Assembly: GCF_009914755.1 (NCBI RefSeq)
Contig: NC_060938.1
Source: the human T2T-CHM13v2.0 reference genome, Homo sapiens
Length of the DNA: 64,000 nucleotides
Reading direction: 5' to 3' (one strand)
Shown: positions 63,801 to 64,000 of the stretch, one piece after another
Layout: each line of letters opens with the position of its first letter
Position numbering within the stretch: the first letter of the stretch is position 1
Position numbers and translations under genes: made by a program
Notes under the pieces: generated by a model
Told to the model about the DNA's origin: nothing
The model's database searches: none
What the model saw: only the letters and a program-made list of their open reading frames with translations

Positions 63801-64000
63801 AGGGATGGAATGGAATGCAATGCTGAGGAGTGGAGTGGAGGGGAGTTCAGCGGAGTGGAGAGGGGAGGAATGGAATTTAGTGAAGTGGAGTGGAGTATAG
63901 TGGAATGGAGAGGAATGGAATGGGATGGAATGGAATTGAGTGGAGTGGAGTGCAGTGGAATGGAATGTAATGGAATGGAATGCAGTGGAGTGGAGTGGAG

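Larger units (their letters stand above)
1..64000 (+). repeat. Diverged (GGAAT/GGAGT)n pentamer satellite, satellite III/HSat3-like, spanning the whole window
   Basis: Continuous 5-bp periodicity of GGAAT and GGAGT with single-base variants (GGATT, GGACT, GCAGT, GTAGT, AGAGT, TGAGT). The + strand is strongly purine-rich and C-poor. Both window ends lie inside the array. Confidence 0.97.

Noticed and set aside
1-64000. Hundreds of ORFs ([10 protein letters not shown] on +, [10 protein letters not shown] on -), up to 1148 aa at 26855-30301
   Set aside because: They are direct translations of the pentamers, which contain no stop codon in the consensus. They overlap in all frames, have five-residue periodicity and show no domain or gene structure.
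1-64000. Assignment to HSat2, DYZ1, alpha satellite, telomeric repeat or a specific chromosome
   Set aside because: There is no CATTCGATTC-type HSat2 unit, no homogeneous 3.5-kb period, no 171-bp alphoid monomer and no TTAGGG array. Placing the locus needs a genome search that could not be run.

Overview
The window is primate (most likely human) heterochromatic satellite DNA with no genes. All 64 kb is a diverged pentamer satellite mixing GGAAT and GGAGT units (satellite III/HSat3-like; (GAATG)n/(GAGTG)n), with the purine-rich strand on +. Every ORF in the track is a translation artefact of the pentamer. The array has three layers. (1) 1-35.6 kb: plain satellite with cryptic 4.4-5 kb duplications and one 261-bp inverted block whose near-identical partner lies about 1 kb downstream. 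(2) 35.6-52.9 kb: composite satellite carrying 27 copies of a 64-bp cassette derived from the 3' end of an Alu (type I), plus one young 5'-truncated AluYa5-like insertion. (3) 53.5-64 kb: composite satellite with 29 denser, more Alu-like cassettes (type II) in a higher-order arrangement. Several fold-back or template-switch scars, two cassette-deletion scars and two perfect heat-shock elements are also visible. All counts and identities were read by eye. The chromosome cannot be assigned from the sequence alone, and such arrays may already be partly annotated in repeat tracks, so novelty is unverified.
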